Positions 28,155 to 41,942 of a stretch of DNA of 64,000 nt are shown piece by piece; within the stretch, counting starts at the first letter, position 1; each line of letters opens with the position of its first letter. The position numbers and the translations under genes were made by a program. Source of the stretch: Octopus vulgaris (taxonomy: Eukaryota); contig OX597820.1 in NCBI GenBank assembly GCA_951406725.2, positions 95,356,001 to 95,420,000 of the forward strand. The letters run 5' to 3'. Under the pieces are notes generated by a model. The model ran no database searches and had not been told where the DNA came from. It saw nothing but the letters and a program-made list of their open reading frames with translations.

Positions 28155-28400
28155 TATATAGAGGGCATTATTACACATAAATACCACACGCTAGGAGGGA
28201 CTTTCAAAGTCATTACTACCAAAAATAAACGAATCGTTCCGAATGCAGCTCTCGAAGCAAGACATTTAAAAACAGGATTTTGTTTTTAAATGTCTTGCTT
28301 CGAGAGCTGCATTCAGTACGATTCGTTTATTTTTGGTAGTAATGACTTTGAAAGTCCCTCCTAGCGTGTGGCATTTATGTGTAATAATGCCCTCTATATA
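28155..28400. repeat. Near-perfect palindrome with arms of about 120 bp
   Basis: tatatagagggcattattacac...gcaagacatttaaaaaca-ggattt-tgtttttaaatgtcttgc...gtgtaataatgccctctatata. Confidence 0.95.
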
Positions 28401-28429
28401 ATATATATATATATATAGACATATATCGC

Positions 28430-28610
28430 CATGATTGCTCGTTAGCCACTGCACACATTTATTTTTCTCCTTGTTTTTTCTGTGTACGTTTCTGTAGAAA
28501 AGCGTAGGCTCGGAACGTAAAAGACTTTTTCTATTGCTGAGCGTTATACTAATACATCTGTTTGTTTTGTACACCACCTGTCTTCGTCTTTTGTTTTTTT
28601 CGTAAACTCT

Positions 28611-28612
<2 letters not shown>
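28430..28612 (+). mobile_element. Penelope-like pLTR fragment (decayed hammerhead)
   Basis: tttctgtagaaaagcgtaggctcggaacgtaaaagac, same family as 26822. Confidence 0.55.
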
Positions 28613-28684
<72 letters not shown>

Positions 28685-28773
28685 CATTGAATCATATGAT
28701 ATGATATATATATATATATATGTGCATATACATATGTATACATACATATAAACGTATACATGCATATATACGT

Positions 28774-28844
<71 letters not shown>

Positions 28845-28887
28845 TGTATGTATGTATGTGTGTGTGTGTGTATGTGTGTGCGTATAC

Positions 28888-28919
<32 letters not shown>

Positions 28920-29965
28920 AGAGAGAGAGAGAGAAAGAGAGAGAGAGATGTATATCTATGTACACACATGCACACACATATGTATATATTTGTTTGCTTA
29001 TACGTAAGATTGCGTGTGTCTACATTTATATGAATATGTATCTCGTGGTTTGTGAGTTGACTTGTGTTTATTTGCTTCTGTATGATCACTTTGATCGATC
29101 TGTCAAGGTAACTGGTTCAAAAGATACTGGTGTGAAGATTCGTCTGAACATCTTTTCATTTAATCGCTCTCTATGTATCACCTTCTTCCTTTACCAAAGC
29201 TTTATCTCAAACTTTCATAGATATTTATCTCACCTGAAATCTGACCTTCGGCATGAAGCCTCGTTCTTTCAAGTTTTACTGTCTTTTGTTCGTATAATCT
29301 TCTCGGAATAGCTTGCTTCGTTTCCAAGGTGTCTATTCCAGTCCTCTTTTAAACATTTCAATTGGTAGCATTTCATAGAAACGTAAGATTTACATTCCAG
29401 CTTTTATCTGTCTATTTAGAATTATAGATTTTAACTTTTCTTTGACTTTGTTTCAAACTACGTTATCGAGCCATGGTATTTTCCTCATCAAAATCTAGAT
29501 AGAATTTTGGACACCTTCGTTTCTCTAATCTCTTTATAATATTCGTTCAGAGTTCCTTCCAGTTTAATTCCTTTGTTGCATTCTGCAAATTGATTCACTA
29601 CAACTTGAGGCATTAATCAAGTTGGATTCTCGCTCGCCCCATGACTGCAATATAAAGTGTTAAACATCAAATGGTCAACCTCGAAATATGAACTTAAACA
29701 TTCATAATTTTAAATTAAGCCACTCCCTACAAATAAATTTATTATCGCCCTTGAAGTCTTATATTTCATTTACAACTCGACTTTCTTACTTCTAGACTAT
29801 TTTATTGATTCACACTTCAAGGAGATGAAAATGACTGAAACAGATGTATAAGTCTGCATCAGCGTATTAATGGAATTAATATATGCATGCATACACACGC
29901 ATACATACGTACATACATTCACACACATACATACATAAATACATACATACATAGATATACATAAA

Positions 29966-29999
<34 letters not shown>

Positions 30000-30008
30000 C
30001 ATAAATAA

Positions 30009-30060
<52 letters not shown>

Positions 30061-30073
30061 ATATATTAGGTTA

Positions 30074-31386
30074 TTAGGTTATCAAGAAAGTTCTTGCGGA
30101 ATTTTTAAATTTGGTTTTAAATTATGTATTTTCAAATTAATTTTCGTTAAATTACTTTGACTTTATATATCATTTTAAAGCCCGTTTTTTGCTCTATCTA
30201 ATCATGTTACTCTAGAACATAGGATGAATTTGATCAGATAAAATGCCTAAATTGACTATTAATTCTGCCTTGAAGCGAAACCATTGGGCTTGTGGATTCT
30301 AGGACGTTGAATCAAATTCGCACAATTTTCTTATTCCAGTCGAAGCTAGGCCGAAAAGCTGCTGAAACAGCTCGCGATATCAACGATGCGTTTGGCCCAG
30401 GAACTATCAAAGAACGTATAGCACAATGGGGGTTCAAGAAATTTCGTAGCGGTGACGAGAGTCTTGAAGATGATAAGCGTAGTGGTCAGCCATCGGATGT
30501 TGACAACGATCAACTAAGAGCCTTAGTCGAAGCCAATCCACGCACAACTGTTCGAGAGCTTGCTTCTGAAATAGACGTAGCGAATACGACAATTTTCAAC
30601 CACTTGAAAGAGATTGGAAAACAAAAATACTTGAGAAATGGGTGCCGCACGAATTGAACGACAAACCCCCACCCCAAAAAACCTCGTTTTGAAGTGTCGT
30701 GTTCCCTTCTTTTAGGCAACAAGAACGACCCATTTCTCGACCGGATTGTGACTTGCGATGAAAAGTGGATTCTTTACGACAACCGGCGACGCTCAGCTCA
30801 GTGGTTGGACGCCGACGAAGCTCCAGGGCACTTCTCGAACCCAAAGTTGCACCAAAAGGTCATGGTGACTGGTGGTCTGAGGCCGGTCCCATCCATTACA
30901 GCTTTTTGGATCGAGGCGAAACCATTACGGCGGAGAAGTACTGTCAGCAAATGGATGAGATGCATAAGAAACTCCGACTACAATAGCCAGCATTGGTCAA
31001 TAGAAAAGGACCAATTCTTCTCCACGAAAACGCTCGGCCGCACGTCGCACAATTGACCCTGCAGTAGTTGAACGAATTGGGCTACGAAACTCTGCCTCAT
31101 CCGCCATACTCACCAGACCTCTTGCCCACCGACTACCACTTTTTCAAGCATCTCGACAACTTTCTGCGTGAGAAATACTTAAAAAACCAAGACGATGCCA
31201 AACACGCCTTCAACGACTTCATCGCCACCAGAACGCAGGATTTTACACTATTGACATAAATAAACTTTCGCGTTGGCAAAAGTGTGTTGATTCTGATGGT
31301 GTTTATTTCGCTTAATAAAGTTTTGTTTAAACTGAGATATATGTATCTGAATTTAAAGGTTAAAAACCGCAAGAAGTTTCTTGACA

Positions 31387-31392
<6 letters not shown>
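30074..31392 (+). mobile_element. Full-length mariner (DD34D) element, frameshifted
   Basis: TIRs TTAGGTTATCAAGAAAGTTCTTGCGG / CCGCAAGAAGTTTCTTGACAACCT. Motifs [27 protein letters not shown] and HPPYSPDLLPTDYHFF. Confidence 0.92.
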
Positions 31393-31422
<30 letters not shown>

Positions 31423-31953
31423 TAATGTAGGATAAAAGGTTTTCGGAAAAACACTTTATCAATGGCCAGCATATTAAAAAATACCTTTAAAGGTTAAATT
31501 TATAAATAACTTATAAAATAAGGGCAAAAGAAAAATTCTAATTCTAAATATGCCGAAAATAGACAAAATTGTCAATAACCATTATAATTTATTCGTCTCG
31601 AAACAAGCCGATAGAAATTTCTAAAAAATTCTGTTATTATCGTATTGGTCCCAATTTCAGAGTTAATTCATAAGAATTTTCTCCTCCTCAGCGATAAATA
31701 CGTAAGACATAAATGAAATACTTACTCATACTCATGGAAAAAGCAAGCACTAAGTCCTGAGCAGACCTAAGTACCCCAAATATATCCAAAATAGAAAATC
31801 TTCGGCACATCTCGAGACACGTGTGATTCGAACTAGAAACTTTTACAGAGTGAGAGATTCCGAAAGTGAACACTATTAAATTTACATTTAATGTAGGATA
31901 AAATTTATCAATAGCCAGCATATTAAAAAATACCTTTAAAGGTTAAATTTATA
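31423..31953 (-). mobile_element. Direct-repeat-bounded non-coding element carrying a hammerhead ribozyme (retrozyme/PLE-like)
   Basis: taatgtaggataa...tttatcaat(g/a)gccagcatattaaaaaatacctttaaaggttaaattt at 31423-31504 and 31889-31953 (period 466 bp). Solo copy at 13316-13400. Flanked by (TA)n. Confidence 0.7.
31637..31697 (-). ncRNA. Type I hammerhead ribozyme (predicted)
   Basis: TTATCG-CTGAGGA-GGAG-AA-AATTC-TTAT-GAATT-AA-CTCT-GAA-ATTG-GGAC-CAAT-A-CGATAA: 6-bp stem I, intact core, extended stem II, stem III, AUA cleavage triplet. Confidence 0.75.
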
Positions 31954-32188
31954 TATATATATATATATATAGATGTGTGTATTTTTCCCTTGTTAACAAT
32001 TAACATGGAAAAAATAGATAAATAGTTACCAGGGTAGCAAAAAATCACACAAGTAAAAAGGTTGTAACTCCTTGTTTTTAAAGGTAGAAACTTCGGGTTT
32101 ACGTGAAATATTTTGTATAATATATATAAATATCTGGTGTGGAGAGACATATACATACATACATACATACATACATACATACATACAT

Positions 32189-32314
<126 letters not shown>

Positions 32315-32377
32315 GTGTATACGTATATGTATGTATGTTAATTTATTGATAAACACAGGTTCATACATGCATATGCA

Positions 32378-32445
<68 letters not shown>

Positions 32446-32446
<1 letters not shown>

Positions 32447-32672
32447 ATTTTGCGGATAAACAAATTAGATATACTAAATATAAGAGTTTGAGTATGATAA
32501 AAACAAAATATGTATATATGTATACATGCAAAACGAGAGAAAATAATATTCATCATCTGAGAGTCACCACCTTTTGCTTTCACTCATTTTGAATATATAC
32601 ATATACACATATTTTGTATTTCATAACCAAAATGTTATATTTAATTTATCGAATTTGTTTATCCGCATAATT
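32446..32672. repeat. Imperfect inverted repeat adjoining (TA)n
   Basis: aattttgcggataaacaaattagat... / ...atcgaatttgtttatccgcataatt. Confidence 0.75.
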
Positions 32673-33018
32673 GTTTCCACATCTACTTAACATCTACTTA
32701 TATCCATTCCTTACCCAGTGTAATTGATCCCTTGTAAAGATATCGGAATCTAAGTTTGAGTCATATGAGCTCTACTTTTTGAGAATCTCTGGATCTCACC
32801 TGTCGACTATATACGTATATATATACACACATAGCAAATGAAAGACAGAAGATGGAATATACGAGAATTTATTGTTAATGACGGCAATTGTTTCGACACG
32901 TCTAGCATCGATTCATTTTGGGTGAGACACTCAACAACTGGTTCAGGAGCATCCGGTGGTGCAGCTCTATCTCGTCGGGTGATAAATAAATACAACTCGT
33001 TAAAATGACTGTTCCGCA

Positions 33019-33050
<32 letters not shown>

Positions 33051-33054
<4 letters not shown>

Positions 33055-33235
33055 ATAACTTAGAGAAAAATCTCTATTAAACAATTGAATAATGTTTATA
33101 CTATTTACTATTTATTGTTTATGTACTTTATTGATTTTTAGAATAAGGTTTTTATAATATATGTTTTCTATATGGTGTGAATAACGTCTTTCATTATTGA
33201 ATTGTTTAATAGAGGTTTTTCTCTAAATTATATAC
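33051..33235. repeat. Inverted repeat with arms of about 45 bp
   Basis: gtatataacttagagaaaaatctctattaaacaattgaataatg / cattattgaattgtttaatagaggtttttctctaaattatatac. Confidence 0.8.
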
Positions 33236-34859
33236 ATGTATTATATATTGTGAAATTTGATTTAAAATTGCTAAATTGAATTTTTCCCTGTAAGTTTTGG
33301 AATCATATTCCCTACTATTACATATATATATATATTATATAAGTGAGTTTTCTTGTCCTGTCCCTGTACAATGGACGATATAAGTAAAGAATGATCATCA
33401 ACTATAATCAAACTATCAACCGTTATGCACTCTAGTTCGGACAACTTTTTGTCAAAATGAACGATAAAGTTTTATATGAATTCTTCATTGCATTCACCTT
33501 GAAGAACACCATAACATCACCTGCAAATCAAGATGGTGATGACAATTTTTCATTGCATTTGAAGACGATGGTCGTGTTTCTTAGTTTCAATGTGTTACAA
33601 ATAGCTTAGTTGGTTTCCAAACCTGATTAAAAGGGAAGGACTCAAGAAAATGTTTGCTTATAGCTTCACATAGTTCTTTGCCATATTTGGTATGCTTTCT
33701 TTAATACGTTCCAATCGTGGCTCTTTTCTAAGCAACTAGCCACAGCAATATCTTCATGAAGAAAACACTGCTTCCAATAGTACAAGTGCAAACGATCCTA
33801 CAAATGTCAACTGCCAAACTCAACGCAATCTCTTCGTTACTGAAATCAAAAGGCCTGCAAACCAGTGAATGGAAGATTATTCTATTTGATGTGTTCTACT
33901 CCGGCATATCTTTATGGTGCACAATATCTAATGTAACTCACCAACGAAAGTTGACTTGCAGCACATCGTTGCCAAAGAGATTAACTTACCCATAAAGGCG
34001 CAAATGCGATATCACAATCACCATACAAAACACGATGTTTTTGTTGATAAATTTTATCTGCCAGAAACAGCGCACAATATGCTCATGATTTCTCTGGGGC
34101 ATATAATCGAGAGTACGATATCTAGCTACTTCTACTGGATTCGTCGAGAGTATAACATATAGCTAATTTTCGTGGATATTAGCTACTTCTATTGAATCTG
34201 TAATAAGTACATCTATCTATCTTTATTAGATCAGTCGATAATTTTTCCAAGCTTCGAGGATCAACAAATTCCTTTATTCGATCAATCGCTAAATCTTCGC
34301 AAATCCCTGTCGGATCAATAAAGTTGAAGAGCGTTTACGAATTCCAGCAAAGTGTATATCCTTAGGGACTCAGTAAACAAGACACTTAGTTCAGCTGTAC
34401 ATTTATTCAACCTGATGTATTAAAAAATATCTAGCTTGTCTATTACTGTTGTATCTCTTTATGATCAGACCTGATAATTACTAAAGTTTCTTTTATTCCT
34501 TATTATTTCTCATCTTTTGTTGGTTTCAAACGCTAAGTGCTACGCTTCTTCACTTTTCCATTCAAACTTATTAGCTTATCGTTCTATTCTTTTTTCAGCC
34601 TGTTACACACTGTACAGTAATATAGCTTTTCATAAAAAGGTTTACTTCTTGATAGTACAAATGCTTGTTCCCCTGAATAATTTCATATCATACATTCAAA
34701 ATATAGTATAGAATCAATGGGTTTGAAACGTTTCAGTTGGGAAGTAGATTTTCACAAGAGTATATTGCCGATAACTTCAAAATTGAAGAACGGCTTTAAT
34801 GGCCTGGAAAGAATCAAAGGAAACTAAGAGTAGAATATTATCAAAGCTTGAAGGCTTGA

Positions 34860-35950
34860 TGGATTAAATGGGCGTACCACTAGCTCCCTTCACTGGGGAT
34901 CCCAGATTCTAAAAAACCTTTATGGTATCCGATGAGCATTGCTCGCAGGAAGCCAAATAAATTCATTGTAATACCTTATATTCAGCTGTAAGCTAAATTG
35001 TCCTGAAATTATTGTAGAGCTTATGATTAATTAAAAAGCCAAATATTTATATTTGCTCTTCAGAATATTCAATTTGAAACTAAAAGAGTTGCCAAAAGTC
35101 AATATGAAGAATGGACTTGGATAAGTTGCTTATTCAGATGATTTCCAGAAGAGAGGTATTCCACACATACTTAAGCTATAATTTTGGAATAACAAGATAA
35201 ACTTTACGCAGCAGAAGATATCGATATGTTTGTCACTGTAGAGTTTCCATAGAATAATGCTGTGTCTTTAGAAAACATTTTGCGGAGTAATTTGCTCGAT
35301 CAATGCAATAATTGCTGTCTTAAAAGAAGATATAGGGTGCTTATTGAATATAAATGCTCAGTATTATTGAATATAAGGAAATATATTAGGATTAGCCAGT
35401 TCTCACTGTTGCATCTAAAGAAGTAGGTCATTATCCTATAACAGTCGTCTATTCATATTTCCATATTAGAATATATATCGACAGGGATTCTGTTTGCAGG
35501 TGAGCAAGTGGAATTTCGTTCGTCGTTACATTCTGAGTTCAAATTCCACCAAGATCGACTTTGCCTGTCATCCTTTCAGGGTCGATAAAATAAATACTAG
35601 TTGAGCTCTGAGGTCGATGTAATGAACTTAATCCCTCCTCTGAAATTGCTGTCTTTGTTCAAAATTTGAAAACTAATATTTATGTCAACAGAAAACTAGC
35701 AAAATAATTCGAGACTGGTTTCATCTGCTGAAATGAAGCATCATGAATGTTAAGTATGTATGTGAAACTATTGGCAGCACATATCGAAACCTTTTGCAAA
35801 ATGATTTAAAGTTTGGTGGCAACATCATGGTGTTTCTTAGCGATTTTCGACAACCAGAGAAATCTGGAACACATTAAAAATGCTGTTACAAAATAAAAAA
35901 AAAGAAACAGTGACAAATGCTTTTCTCTTTCGTGTTGGTGAAATGACGGA
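34860..35950 (+). mobile_element. Degenerate Helitron RepHel (Rep HUH motif + Pif1 helicase motifs), interrupted by a SINE
   Basis: FTGDPRF; RIFNLKLKEL; DFQKRGIPHI (compare EFQKRGLPHAH); DKLYAAEDIDMFVTVEFP; then ETIGSTYRNLLQNDLKFGGNIMVFLSDFRQ (compare FGGK..V..GDFRQ). Confidence 0.8.
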
Positions 35951-36670
35951 ATAACTAGGCTCCAATGAGAGTATTGAGTTTCCAAAAAGGCATTGAAGTT
36001 CTATTGAATGAATACGAAATGAGAAATCAAGTTTTTTGTTTGCCCGTTCGATCTTGCAAACTTCTGGCTTGCGAGAGACCCTAACAAATTCTGTTATTAA
36101 TTCTATATAGGAAAATGAAGGCAATAATTACCCAGTTGAGTTCTTTAGCAACAGTAATCTGGTGGAGCACGAAACAAAATAATCATCTTTGTATCATAAC
36201 ATAATCATGTCGTTGACAGGAAAGACATTACGATTTTCGTTCGAGATGAAATCTATTATAGATGTGCTACGTTAAAACCACAATACATACATATACACAC
36301 AGAGACACAGACATACCTATATATATATCGGAGGGAGACAGAGAATCCTTCCGGTTATGCTGCTAGTGAGAACGTTAGGTGGATTTCGGTCCTCTTTGGT
36401 CTTGTCAATGACATAAAAGCATGGCAGTCACATACCGAGACGAAATCTTTCACCCCACATATAGAAATCAATGAATAATACATGCACTGACATTGTGAAT
36501 AGAAGACAGACTGCATGTAAATCCATAAAGCCGTATTAAATTAAAATAGTTATTCGTGTATCATACTTAACGTACATACACATTAGGCAGGACACTGCAG
36601 TTTTCATCTGAAATAAAGGTTCTTACAGACGTGCAGTGTTAATAATACATATCTCTTATGTGTTAAAATA

Positions 36671-36835
36671 GGCGTAGGAGTGGCTGTGTGATAAGTAGCT
36701 TGCTTACGAACCACATGGTTCCGGGTTCAGTCCCACTGCGTGGCACCTTGGGTAAGAAGTGTCTTCTACTATAGCCTCGGGCCGACCAAAGCTTTGTGAG
36801 TGGATTTGGTAGATGGAAACTGAAAAAAGCCTGTC

Positions 36836-36887
<52 letters not shown>

Positions 36888-37106
36888 GTATGTGTGTGTA
36901 TATGTTTGTGTGTCTGTATTTGTCCCCCCAACATCACTTGACAACCGATGCTGGTGTGTTTATGCCCCCGTAACTTAGCGGTTCGACAAAAGAGACCGAT
37001 AGAATAAGTACTAGGCTTACAAAGAATAAGTCCTGGGGTCGATTTGCTCGACTAAAGGCGGTGCTCCAGCATGGCCACAGTCAAATGACTGAAACAAGTA
37101 AAAAAG
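36671..37106 (+). mobile_element. tRNA-derived SINE family A, full length, with internal (TA)n/(TG)n
   Basis: A-box TGGCTGTGTGA, B-box GGTTCAGTCC, tail gtcaaatgactgaaacaagtaaaa. Further copies at 380-556, 40500-40849, 51378-51790, 52010-52212, 52272-52727 and 55215-55295. Confidence 0.85.
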
Positions 37107-37109
37107 GGC

Positions 37110-39120
37110 TTTACCAATGAGAAAACAAACACCTATGCCAGGGATGAAAACTGAGGGTTCCTTCCATAACTAGAATAAGATTAATTTTAAATTGTATTGG
37201 GTGACCACATTTGACAGCAGTAGTCCTCCACAGAACCAACATAGTTTCCTGGTCCCTAGTGCTGGAGGTTCTCAGAATCCATCCGAATATTCGCATGCAC
37301 ATTGCCGCCATCTTGGTGATATGTACGTGAAAGGGCGCATCGTTGCTCATATCAATTCCCAGATCAAGCACTGTACGTGACTCTGGGATTGCTGCTCCAT
37401 TTGGTCCAAAATATCGTTGTTGAACCTTGTGAGCACCAATTATCTGGTAGCGGAGGGATTCGAATTTACCCGCATTAAATTGCATATCGTTTTCTTCAGC
37501 TCATGTATATATGGCACCTAAGTCTTTCTGTAGAAGATTAGGATTAGAAGGTTCTTTGACTGCTTGTACTGCTTTTGTGTCTAGTAAGTGTGGCTGTACC
37601 ACGAACTGTAGCGGCCCCAGTACAGCTCCCTGAGGCACTCCACTCTCCTTGGAGAGTGCTCTATTCGCTGGCACAGCCTGGCTTCTGTATTTTAGGAAGT
37701 CATGCAATCAATCTCCCAGTTTTCCGACTATACTAATTTTCCCAAAAATTATCGCGAAATCAAGATATATCAGATCCGCGTTTGAACTATTCATTAATTG
37801 TTTCAACACCCAGTCATAATGCTGCAAAAGTTGTGTAAGAAAGCTTCTTCCTGAGCCGAAATCATACTGAGTGTCAGGGAGTCATTATCTTCAATGAACG
37901 CAATCAGCTTCCTCCTGAAAATGCGCTCCATGATTTTGCTGACATGGGAGGTTAGAGAGACAGGTGTACAACTTGTAGCTCTGTCTGCTACCTCTATTAT
38001 CGATAGGAATATTATGAGTTTCTTTAACTTTTGAGAAGTCTCCTAGTTGCGAGGAAGCTCTGGAAGAAAATCTGTAGAGGTATTGCTAGAGCCCCTTTGT
38101 ATTTCTTTAGGAGGATCGCTGAGAATCCACCAGGGCCAGATTGAGCTAATTTTACCAATGGCTGATATTACATCAGTTTCCTCTATTTTGATGTTATCAA
38201 TAATTGCTGTTTCTTTTTGTAGAGCTGTGGTGCCGAAGAACTCAACGGGCATAGCTACTTTTAAGTGCCCTACTGAGGTGTGAAAACACTTTTGTATTGC
38301 ACATTCAATATTTCATTAATCTTCCGTGGGGTCTGCACAGTGGCCGTATTGAAGCAGACTCTTTTGCACATCTAAAGAAGACTTTAGGGTTTGTCTTAAT
38401 ATTTCTGACAGCCCTGGTTTCTTTTTTCTGCCCTTTCCTTTTCATGGGTGTACTTGAGTTCCTTTTCGATCTCAACCATTTAGACGGTTTGATATTTTTG
38501 CTCGTCGTCTCATTAGAATCCTCTTATCCCTGGGAATTATATTTTACTGTTGGTTTGGCATTCTCTCTGGAGCATACTGCGTACGTCGTGCATGATTGTC
38601 ACAAAGTGCTGCAGCTTTATGTCAATATCTTGCGTAGAGAGACTGGTAGACCAGTTTTGTTTTATGACCTCTTTCTCAATACCCTTCCAATCAGCTTTTA
38701 GTATGTTCAAGCTGGTGGGGAGTAGCCTGCATGTCTGTAGCTTCCTGCGGACCATACATTGTTAGTTGTATTAAGTTATGATCCGAGAAGATCGCTGGTG
38801 ACACCTTAACATTGTGGATGAGGGTCGCGTTATTTGTGAAGCAGAGGTCCAGGACATTTACCCTCTTGTAGGGTGGAGCACCATTTGCTCCATGAAGAAC
38901 ATGTTTGTGAGGGCGAGCAAAGACTCTACTTTGCCTCTGTTCATGCAGTGACATATCTTGGAGAAGGCGGCCCTCAGGTCACTCGACATTAGGGAGATTG
39001 AAGTCCCTAGAAGTAAGTGCAGGATATCATCCAGGTTGGTTAATATTGCTTTCATTTTTTGGAGACACATATAGGGTGTAGGTAGTGGTCACTGTTCTGA
39101 TATATGTAGAGGTGGCAGAT
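37110..39120 (-). mobile_element. Degenerate CR1-like LINE ORF2 (endonuclease + RT)
   Basis: LLLGDFN, NVLDLCFTNN, FSDHNLI, PVSLTSHVSKIMERI, DLIYLDFA, SGVPQGAVLGPLQF, MQFNAGKF and DLGIDMSND. Confidence 0.85.
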
Positions 39121-39122
39121 GT

Positions 39123-39161
<39 letters not shown>

Positions 39162-39164
<3 letters not shown>

Positions 39165-39694
39165 GGTGTCCCCCAAAAATGTATACACAGACTGCAACAG
39201 TCTGTCATGCCAAGCATTAGAGAGGACTTTGAACAGGAAGAGTTTTATTTCCAGCAAGATGGGGCACCTCCACACTACCATCGCGATGTTAGATCCTTTC
39301 TTGATGGGATCTTGCCAAACAGGTGGATTGGACGGAGAGGTTTTGTCGAATACCCTCCACGTTCACCAGACCTCACACCACTAGACTTCTTTTTATGGGG
39401 ATACCTAAAGGACAAAGTCTACGCACAGAAACCTGCAACAGTCGTTCAATTGAGGGCAACCATTGAACATGAATGTACGAATATCCCAAGGGAATTGTTC
39501 CATGATGTGTGCCATTCCATCGCTTCGCGTTGTCAACAGTGTCTGGAGCAGAACGGACATCAGTTTGAGAACATGCGATAACAAGACAATAGAATGATAT
39601 TTGTAAATTCTTTTACATGTTGAAAATTATTCGAATTATAATAAACCCCAAATTTACAATTATTTAAGGTGTGTATACATGTTTTTGGGACACC

Positions 39695-39697
<3 letters not shown>
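39162..39697 (+). mobile_element. Internally deleted DD41D (rosa/Visitor-like) Tc1/mariner element inside (TA)n
   Basis: TIRs CAGGGTGTCCC..AAAATGTATACAC / GTGTATACATGTTTTTGGGACACCCTG. FQQDGAPPH...RWIGR...PPRSPDLTPLDFFLWG, with 41 residues between the two Ds. Confidence 0.9.
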
Positions 39698-39751
<54 letters not shown>

Positions 39752-39861
39752 CTGCTCGCTAAGCCAGCGGGGTGGCGTCATTCGAAAGCTAATACAATGC
39801 GAACGCATTGTGACCAGCGATGTGTAACTACATCTGATGGACTGGTCGGTCACGTGGTCAC

Positions 39862-39909
<48 letters not shown>

Positions 39910-41942
39910 TTTTTCGATTTGATTTTGGTTTGCGAGATTCTTTATGTGAGTTTGTGTGTTGAAGCATATTTTATTATTTACATATGTATGTATGTATGTA
40001 TGTATGTATGAATGTATGTTTGTTTACCCATCTTTATACACATTTTAAAACTAATCTTTTTCTATTTATAGGAAGAGCGCTTGGTTTTCATTCCCCGCGT
40101 AGGTGTTTGCTTTCTCATTGGTAATGCTTTTTCCTATATAAGCATAAATGTAATTCTTTCTCAAATAAAGCCGTAAGGTGTTACTCAGGCACTCAACTAT
40201 GTGTCCTCTGCAGCTTATAACGGAAACAGCCTTGAGCTAATGAAGTTCATAAGATAATTGTCTATTCGTTTATTTCTTAATCATCTCATTTTCTTATATA
40301 TATATATATTGTGTGTATATGTGAGAGAAAATACTTATATAAGCGAATAAGCGTATAAGCAGTGAAGTAGTGCTCAAACTTGTCAGATTTTTAAATTGTA
40401 ACTTTTGTGTCACACCAGTAATGTAAACACCACAATTCTCATTAATATAAAAGAATACTGCGGATTTCTGTCAAAATCTCTGTAAAATGTAGACCGAATA
40501 GCCGACCAAAGCTTTGTGAGTGGATTTGGTAGACGGAAACTGAAAGAAGCCCGTCGTATATATATGTATATATATATATGTGTGTGTGTGTGTATGTGTG
40601 TGTGTGTGTGTGTATGTGTGAGTGTGTGTGAGTGTGTATGTTTGTGTGTCTGCGTTTGTCCCCCCTACATCGCTTGACAACCGATGCTGGTGTATTTACA
40701 TCCCGGTAACTTAGCGGTTCGGCAAAAGAGATCAATAGAATAAGTACTGGACTTACAAAGAATAAGTCCTGGGGTCGATTTGCTCGACTAAAGGCGGTGC
40801 TCCAGCATGGCCCCAGTCAAATGACTGAAACAAGTAAAAGACTAAAGAGACAGTATAAGAGAAATAAAAAGAAAACGTATACAGCGAATTAATGAGAAAA
40901 TTATAGATGCGACTCTCTCTGTACAACTCTTTATATATATCTAGGATTATTGCGGTATTTCAATATGTAACTAATTAGTTTAGCAGTAACATTGAGATGC
41001 CGTGAATCACAAGAATCGGAAAGAATCCGGCTAATTAGGAAATGACAATTTCAATGGTACAATGAAAAGACATAAACATTCCATTAGTGGAAAAATACAG
41101 ATTCATATAAGCAATGACATACATGCATATAGGTTTGGGTTTGATCTCACTGCATAGAATCCAGGTCATGTGTTTTCTGCAATAGCCACGTATTCGTCAA
41201 TACTAAGGAAGAAGAATTTTGGAGAAGAAATCTGTGTGGAAGCCTGTCGTAAATACACATACAGACACACCACACCACACACACACACACACACACACAC
41301 GTATGCGAGCGCGTAAATACATTCACTCTAAGCAGTGCTAAATAAATGCATTCAAGTGAAGTAATATTTAATTGGTTTGAATACAGTCGCGCGTAAGAAA
41401 TAGTCTCAGAAGAAAATTCACCTCCTCGATGACATTTGTGAAAGCACATTGAGTTGTTTATAAGAGCACTAGATCGTAGAATGCGTCCGTTTCTGCGTTC
41501 TTTCGCATTACCAGCCACTAATACCAACTTATATAAGCGACTAAGTGTATAAGCACTGAATCTGTGCTCAGACTTGTCAGATTCTTAAATTCCAGCTTGA
41601 GTTCATATCGGAACAACAAACGGTACGCTTGCCGATGTTCGTAGATCTTGGTGAAACTAGAATTAAATAACGAATATATTTTATTCATTGCTTCTTCTTG
41701 CGACTTGAATTAATTAACTTCAGCTTGAACGAGCCTTACTTGCAACGGTAAACGTACCTTTTGCTCTTCTGATAACAGCTAATCGTTGTTATTAGCCTCG
41801 AAGGATAAATTTGGTGATAGTGGCTGACGAAGCAGAAGAATAGAGAAACACACGCAGCTCATGACCCAGTGGCGTCATCTGTAGCTCAATGTAGCTCAAT
41901 ATTAATTAAATCAAGTCGCAAGAAGAAGCGATGTATAAAATA

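Noticed and set aside
32875-32925. Minus-strand hammerhead-like GATGC-TAGAC-GTGTC-GAAACAATTG
   Set aside because: The core is non-canonical and no stem I pairing is present.
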